Assembly: GCF_006345805.1 (NCBI RefSeq)
Contig: NC_043013.1
Location: forward strand, 22,196,001 to 22,260,000
From: Octopus sinensis
Taxonomy: Eukaryota
Direction: 5' to 3'
DNA: 64,000 nt
This document shows, in pieces, positions 63,761 to 64,000 of the stretch. The translations under genes and the position numbers were made by a program. Each line of letters begins with the position of its first letter. Position 1 is the stretch's first letter. The notes below the pieces were generated by a model that saw only the letters and a program-made list of their open reading frames with translations, made no database searches and was not told the DNA's origin.

Positions 63761-64000
63761 AAGTGGAATGGTAAATGTTGACGAACTTGCACGAGGAACC
63801 GTGATGGTTGGCGTGCTCACGAGAAATCATTGAAGCGTTCGAAAGGACGGCCAAAGTAAACTATGAATATCGTAATCTTCCAGTTTCCTATCTCGAAAAC
63901 GTATTAACAACTTTAATACCATTTACGAAATTGGAACTTGCAACTTGTCCATATTTTCTAATCTTGTCACCACAAAGAATCATTTAAGCAACAACAGCGA

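Overview
AT-rich, microsatellite-dense eukaryotic genomic DNA. The repeat landscape resembles an octopus (coleoid cephalopod) genome, which is inference. The ORF track is almost all microsatellite translation. Real coding content: (1) the last 10 coding exons (2878-22114, +) of a leishmanolysin-like/invadolysin M8 metallopeptidase gene (LMLN), which splice GT-AG into one open frame of about 409 aa; (2) a 5'-truncated but uninterrupted Penelope-like element (PLE) RT + GIY-YIG ORF (33643-35250, +) between ~188-bp inverted repeats; (3) a phase 1-1 PAN/Apple-domain exon (57557-57811, +) of a second, unresolved gene. The rest is tRNA-derived SINEs, MITE/foldback elements, Helitron pieces, Tc1/mariner and LINE fragments, and a ~2.7-kb duplication straddling a 100-N gap that is probably an assembly artefact. 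The strongest unexplained signal is a set of type I hammerhead ribozyme motifs that I folded by hand: 13 motifs in 11 separate elements. They sit in the PLE termini and in short non-coding elements with direct or inverted terminal redundancy (retrozyme/mini-PLE-like), and include a family-wide non-canonical core variant. Repeat coordinates are approximate unless anchor sequences are quoted.
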